This document shows positions 47,142 to 51,290 of a DNA stretch of 51,290 nt, one piece after another. The position numbers and the translations under genes were made by a program. The notes beneath the pieces were generated by a model that saw nothing but the letters and a program-made list of their open reading frames with translations, had not been told where the DNA came from and made no database searches. The stretch comes from an uncultured Actinomyces sp. Lineage in GTDB: Bacteria > Actinomycetota > Actinomycetes > Actinomycetales > Actinomycetaceae. How positions within the stretch are numbered: position 1 is the stretch's first letter; every line of letters begins with the position of its first letter. The stretch is taken from assembly GCA_938030835.1 (NCBI GenBank), contig CALHID010000243.1, positions 1-51,290 of the forward strand, in the 5' to 3' direction.

Positions 47142-47198
47142 AGTCTAGCACATCAACAAGAGAGTGTGCAACTCTAGTTGAGTGTGATGTGGCTCATG
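47142..47198 (-). promoter_or_regulatory. Promoter with CRP-type box driving a short ORF-less transcript
   Basis: CATGA-GCCACA-TCACA, 11 nt, TTGCAC-18-TAGACT (TGn-extended). Confidence 0.55.
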
Positions 47199-47343
47199 AT
47201 TGCCAATAAATTGGACTCAAAGCAGCAAGAATGGTAAGCACCATGAGTGCATAGAAGTTCCACTCGCTACACAAGTCCTTAATACGAGCAACAAAGATGA
47301 GGGCAGCGACAAACGCACAGAATACAAGCCAAACAATAGTCAC
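47194..47343 (-). CDS. 49-aa membrane protein
   Basis: GGAGG RBS; GTGA overlap; two hydrophobic segments. Confidence 0.55.
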   Translation of the reverse strand: MTIVWLVFCAFVAALIFVARIKDLCSEWNFYALMVLTILAALSPIYWQS

Positions 47344-47576
47344 ACTTCCACCTCCGTAATCTGACCTGCCAACGAGTCAGCGACATCATAAGGGGTTTCA
47401 CCCTTGCCGGGATACATGTCATCGAGAGCGTCAGAAGTCAACTTCCAACCGTCCCAATTATCACCGTTCACCCAGTCACAGACTTCGTAAGCAATGCTTT
47501 TCTCTAGCAGCTCCATCAGCTTACTATTAGTGATGATGAACCTACTATCACCGACGTACTTGATTCCATCAATCAC
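47340..47576 (-). CDS. Hypothetical protein
   Basis: GTGA overlap. Confidence 0.65.
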   Translation of the reverse strand: MIDGIKYVGDSRFIITNSKLMELLEKSIAYEVCDWVNGDNWDGWKLTSDALDDMYPGKGETPYDVADSLAGQITEVEV

Positions 47577-47791
47577 GGTAGCACCTTCCATCCTTCGCCG
47601 TCTCCAATCTCCTTTTTCAACTCTTCATCAGAGTGTGCTTGATTAGTCCACAAGTCCTTCGCGTGGACCCAGTAGTCTTCCATGTCTTCACCGATGGACT
47701 TTAGATAACGAACGTCATCAGGACTAATCAGCACAGCTCCGGGTGCAAGCCGATGGAACGGAATAGTCAACTCACTGAAATTGATAATCAT
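47573..47791 (-). CDS. Paralogous small-domain family protein
   Basis: LAPGAVL...YLK...YW. Confidence 0.7.
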   Translation of the reverse strand: MIINFSELTIPFHRLAPGAVLISPDDVRYLKSIGEDMEDYWVHAKDLWTNQAHSDEELKKEIGDGEGWKVLP

Positions 47792-48006
47792 TCTCGATTC
47801 TCCTTTGCTTCAACAAGATGGTACTTCGCAACCGCGTAGTCATCCTTCTCATCACATGCGAACTGACCAATACGGCCAATGCCACCCCAACCCATCTTCT
47901 CAGACAGGTAGGCGTGGACGATCTTGTACTTACGGCCACTACCAGTCTTGATGCTGCCTGTCTTCTTATTGAAAATCACGTAGATTTCCTTAGCAGGTTC
48001 AATCAT
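47788..48006 (-). CDS. Hypothetical protein
   Basis: Coupled ORF. Confidence 0.65.
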   Translation of the reverse strand: MIEPAKEIYVIFNKKTGSIKTGSGRKYKIVHAYLSEKMGWGGIGRIGQFACDEKDDYAVAKYHLVEAKENRE

Positions 48007-48416
48007 CAGTTCTCATCTCCGCTCGTCTGAAGGTCGATGTCCGGCAGCAGTTCTTCAGGACGGAACGCAACCTTATAGTGGAACGTATCAACATTAGAGC
48101 CGTCCATCTGCTCCACGAAGTACGTCACATTATCCGAGATACCCAGATAGTGCTTCTTGTACTCACTGTCGCCAGTCTTGCAGGTGACTTCAAGCTGGTT
48201 GTCTTCCCTGTCCTTCGTGATCGAGCACAAACCCTCGATGCTCAACAGGTACTTGTCCGTAATGCCATTGACGAACACAATGCGTCGCATCACCTTGAAG
48301 TTGTCGCTCTCGTAGCTGATGTTACGCGAGGCCGTATCAGCGGCATTGCACGCAGCCAGTGAAAGCGCCGCAGCAACAGCAACGACAGACCCGATAATCT
48401 TACTCTTCTTCATCAT
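48006..48416 (-). CDS. Lipoprotein
   Basis: Basic N-terminus, hydrophobic core, LAAC lipobox. Confidence 0.8.
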   Translation of the reverse strand: MMKKSKIIGSVVAVAAALSLAACNAADTASRNISYESDNFKVMRRIVFVNGITDKYLLSIEGLCSITKDREDNQLEVTCKTGDSEYKKHYLGISDNVTYFVEQMDGSNVDTFHYKVAFRPEELLPDIDLQTSGDEN

Positions 48417-48422
48417 TTCTCC

Positions 48423-48599
48423 TTAGACGTGAACACCATAGTAAAAGACACAACCAGCAAGGCAAGCAAGAGACACACAGAGCATAATCGTGCCAGCCGC
48501 AACAACCTTAGCGCCCCAATTGTAGACCTCATCGAGCATCATTCCGAGAAGTGCCACTGCAAAGCCGAGGATAAGCAGTCCAACAGCAAAAGTCAACAT
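48423..48599 (-). CDS. 58-aa membrane protein
   Basis: TAATG coupling; two TMs. Confidence 0.6.
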   Translation of the reverse strand: MLTFAVGLLILGFAVALLGMMLDEVYNWGAKVVAAGTIMLCVSLACLAGCVFYYGVHV

Positions 48600-49102
48600 T
48601 ACTTCTCATCTCCCTTCTTCGTAAACAGTTTCATAAAGTCGTGATCGTCTTGGTATTCCTTCAAGAAGATATTGTTCGCAACAGCCAGCAAACCAATAGG
48701 CTTGAGGTTGTTCTCCACATCAAGGAAGAAGTTACGGTACTTGATAAACCGACCGTCCAGAACCGTCTCACCGTTCACAGTATCCCTGCACTTTTGCAGT
48801 GCATTGTTGTGTCGCTCGGCAATGTCGTTGATCTCTGGTTGACGGAAAGCGACAGACATTGCCTCCTTCTTCAAGTGGTTATCGCCCTGGATAGTGCAAA
48901 CAAAATCTACTTGATCTTCACTACAGAACCCACCATTAGACGGGATAAACCAATCATCATAGGTCTTTACAAAGCTGAACGTGCCAACATCAAAGAACTC
49001 AAGATCGACAATCCAACCGGCAGGAAGTTCATCCAGAGCAGCTTCAAGCACCTCTGTATTATGAACCAGATCAATATGGTCCGTATCAACTGAAACAATC
49101 AT
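48599..49102 (-). CDS. Paralogous small-domain family protein
   Basis: LDELPAGWIV...FVK..DW. Confidence 0.7.
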   Translation of the reverse strand: MIVSVDTDHIDLVHNTEVLEAALDELPAGWIVDLEFFDVGTFSFVKTYDDWFIPSNGGFCSEDQVDFVCTIQGDNHLKKEAMSVAFRQPEINDIAERHNNALQKCRDTVNGETVLDGRFIKYRNFFLDVENNLKPIGLLAVANNIFLKEYQDDHDFMKLFTKKGDEK

Positions 49103-49629
49103 TTTGCTTCCAACCTTTCATAGCGTTCCATACTGTCAAAACCATCGAGTATGCCAAGAATACGCGGATGTTTGCTAAATCTTGAGAGATGTTCTATATC
49201 AGGATTGCCAGCAACACCCTCAAAGAACCCGAGGATGTAGTCATCGGCCCACTTCCTGTACTCGGCAGCGCCCCGAATGTCCGCATCCAAAACACGGTTC
49301 TTCAACATGGCATCATAGCCATACTTATCTGAGAGGCCAACCCTCCACACGTACTTCAGAAGAGTGATGGTGTCTTCTTCACCGACAATCGTGAGCTTAC
49401 CTGTGTATGCATCAGATGCTAGGCACGTCAGGCAACCGTACATCTCAGCAATGCTCTTCAATGCCTCGTTGATAGCCCTTGCGTCCGAGTGATCTCGGTA
49501 AATCGCGTAGTACTCTGCCTGGCCTGGGCGCTTGTACTCGACACCGCACTCGTCCTTCAGCACATCATTGCCAAGAACAAAATCGCCTCTACGGAAGAGC
49601 CACGCTGCCGATTCAATAGGGTGCCTCAT
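49099..49629 (-). CDS. Hypothetical protein
   Basis: GGAGG RBS. Confidence 0.7.
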   Translation of the reverse strand: MRHPIESAAWLFRRGDFVLGNDVLKDECGVEYKRPGQAEYYAIYRDHSDARAINEALKSIAEMYGCLTCLASDAYTGKLTIVGEEDTITLLKYVWRVGLSDKYGYDAMLKNRVLDADIRGAAEYRKWADDYILGFFEGVAGNPDIEHLSRFSKHPRILGILDGFDSMERYERLEAK

Positions 49630-49790
49630 TATGCCTCCATCAATTCGTATTTCTCAAAATAGAACAACTTATTGTATTTGTTCGTTAGCCACTCTACTTC
49701 AGACTGAGCTTCAATAGGGTCATCTACCACCCCAAAGAAGCTATCATCTTCGTTAAAGATGACACAAATGCTCCAAGGTGCTTCGTACAT
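49629..49790 (-). CDS. 53-aa hypothetical protein
   Basis: GGAGG RBS; coupled. Confidence 0.6.
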   Translation of the reverse strand: MYEAPWSICVIFNEDDSFFGVVDDPIEAQSEVEWLTNKYNKLFYFEKYELMEA

Positions 49791-49792
49791 TA

Positions 49793-49969
49793 TCAACCCT
49801 CCACAAACTTCACAAGAAGGCTAATAAGAAGAATGACGCAGCCAGCGTCCAACACAGCGTTAATCGTGTGGTTTTGGTCCCGCTTCGGGCCATTACGAAA
49901 CATCTTCGCGTTAATAGCCCATATAGCGAACCACGCACAAACGATAACAATTTGCGCAATAGTAAACAT
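49793..49969 (-). CDS. 58-aa membrane protein
   Basis: GGAGG RBS; two hydrophobic segments. Confidence 0.6.
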   Translation of the reverse strand: MFTIAQIVIVCAWFAIWAINAKMFRNGPKRDQNHTINAVLDAGCVILLISLLVKFVEG

Positions 49970-50157
49970 TATGCTGCCACCTCCAATACGATTTGCACCA
50001 CATAAGTAACAAAGACGATAAACGCGGAAACAGAAGCCAAAACATCAGGCCAGATTCTAATGTCCATATCCAACTTATGCTTGAACCGTGCAAGTAGCGC
50101 GAAAGCGACACTAACTCCGGCCCAGACGACAGCTAGGACAAGATGAAAAGCGATCAT
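49969..50157 (-). CDS. Two-TM membrane protein
   Basis: AAGGAG RBS. Confidence 0.65.
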   Translation of the reverse strand: MIAFHLVLAVVWAGVSVAFALLARFKHKLDMDIRIWPDVLASVSAFIVFVTYVVQIVLEVAA

Positions 50158-50404
50158 TACCAACTCTCCTTTCGGTAGTAACCTGTTGAGTAACAGGATC
50201 AACCTCAATGTTTAGAATATGACTATGAGGGTGCTCTTTTAGGGGTATTTCAATTTCGACCTCAAAAGGCTTCGTTTCATCCCAAACCTTTTTCAGCTCC
50301 GTATAAATAGCAATACCTTGAGACAGTGGCAAGTCGTAGAACAATCTTTGTATACCCCAAGGCGCAAACTCAAAGTCCCACTCATGCCTTGTTAGCTTAG
50401 GCAT
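50111..50404 (-). CDS. Hypothetical protein
   Basis: ATG 50404 after AAGGGG. Confidence 0.6.
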   Translation of the reverse strand: MPKLTRHEWDFEFAPWGIQRLFYDLPLSQGIAIYTELKKVWDETKPFEVEIEIPLKEHPHSHILNIEVDPVTQQVTTERRVGNDRFSSCPSCRLGRS

Positions 50405-50405
50405 G

Positions 50406-50756
50406 TCAGTACCCCTTATGAAGCAGGAACACATGATCGAGATGAAGCAGGATACTCACGAACATCTCATCGTGGGTACGATCACCCCCGTAACCACTCA
50501 CCCATCCGTCGTTACGTAGCATCCATTCGACACCACCGATCACGATGATGGACCCTGCAACCATGTCACGTACGTCTTCAGGTGTGGTGATCGTAATACC
50601 TGTGTACTTACCGCTCTGGTCGTTCAGCTTAAAAGGCTCTTCGTTGTTATGCAGCACTTTGTGCAGACCAACCTTCGCGGTGTTAACCTCAAAAAGAGCT
50701 TCTTCTAGGTCAGAGTATGCCTTCGTGTACCCTGCCAGTGTTTCCTCAATGTTCAT
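50406..50756 (-). CDS. Paralogous small-domain family protein
   Basis: AGGAGG RBS; shared motif. Confidence 0.75.
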   Translation of the reverse strand: MNIEETLAGYTKAYSDLEEALFEVNTAKVGLHKVLHNNEEPFKLNDQSGKYTGITITTPEDVRDMVAGSIIVIGGVEWMLRNDGWVSGYGGDRTHDEMFVSILLHLDHVFLLHKGY

Positions 50757-50758
50757 GG

Positions 50759-50986
50759 TTAAAACCTCCTAAAGTTTGTTGTCGTATAAAAGACACGGTG
50801 CCCGAAGTCTACGACCTCATAGTTGTATTCTCGACAGACCTGTTCCATAGCATCTTCACTGTAGTAATTGCCCTTGTTGTCCAGCCAGTAGTACGTCAGC
50901 TCACCAAGGACCAGGAAGAAGGACTTGTGTAGTCGTTCGACACGGATGCAGGCACCACTACTGAGGTTGCGTAGAACTGACATCAT
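50759..50986 (-). CDS. Paralogous small-domain family protein
   Basis: LRNLSSGACI...YW..G..YS. Confidence 0.65.
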   Translation of the reverse strand: MMSVLRNLSSGACIRVERLHKSFFLVLGELTYYWLDNKGNYYSEDAMEQVCREYNYEVVDFGHRVFYTTTNFRRF

Positions 50987-51198
50987 TAGTACCCTACAAC
51001 CCTTCCTACACCATCAATAATCAATCCAAGCCCTAAAAGGAACAATGACAGTGCAGCCATACCGACAGCCACGGCCAAGACCTTATCAGTTATGTAATCG
51101 TAGCCAGGGTCCCACACTTCGTAAGCGATAACCGCCAGGATAAGCGTGACAGAAAAACATAGCACGCTTGCCACAATAAGACCAATCCCTACTCCCAT
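50986..51198 (-). CDS. Two-TM membrane protein
   Basis: ATG 51198 after GAGGGG. Confidence 0.65.
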   Translation of the reverse strand: MGVGIGLIVASVLCFSVTLILAVIAYEVWDPGYDYITDKVLAVAVGMAALSLFLLGLGLIIDGVGRVVGY

Positions 51199-51235
51199 GT
51201 CACAACCCCTCATGCACAATCCTCGGCTTGACAAA

Positions 51236-51290
51236 CTGCTCGCGCATAAGTTCAGCAAACTGCTCGTGCGAGTATGCCTCTCCAATGTAT
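51236..51290. repeat. 55-bp terminal overlap (identical to 1-55)
   Basis: Exact identity with 1-55. Confidence 0.95.

Overview
The window is an apparently complete, circularly permuted ~51.2 kb tailed dsDNA phage genome of siphovirus type. Bases 1-55 repeat at 51236-51290, which is an assembly overlap, and one gene runs across the join. An actinobacterial host is supported by the WhiB factor and consistent with the LAxTG-anchored surface protein; Actinomyces/Schaalia-like is inference only. A ~1.1 kb non-coding control region (620-1770) separates two divergent arms. The plus arm carries small, often acidic early genes, then a replication module: SF2 helicase, dCMP deaminase, Cas4-like nuclease, Sak4-like ATPase, SSB, primase-helicase, family A DNA polymerase, WhiB and a RuvC-like resolvase. 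The minus arm carries a large family of paralogous small genes, three tRNAs plus a degenerate tRNA, a sortase-type surface protein, dUTPase, NrdH, a KilA-C protein, the lysis cassette, terminase, and head and tail genes. No integrase or CI-like repressor was recognised. The most striking signals are regulatory. (1) About 12 promoters carry a CRP/GlxR-type TGTGA-N6-TCACA box, ten of them exactly 10 bp upstream of the -35. (2) Two covarying, anticodon-less tRNA mimics lie in early mRNA leaders. (3) Candidate late small RNAs display anti-Shine-Dalgarno sequences, alongside leaderless late mRNAs. (4) DtxR/IdeR-like iron boxes lie in the control region. (5) The tail chaperone frameshift appears to be +1 rather than -1. 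All calls come from reading the sequence by eye; no searches were run.
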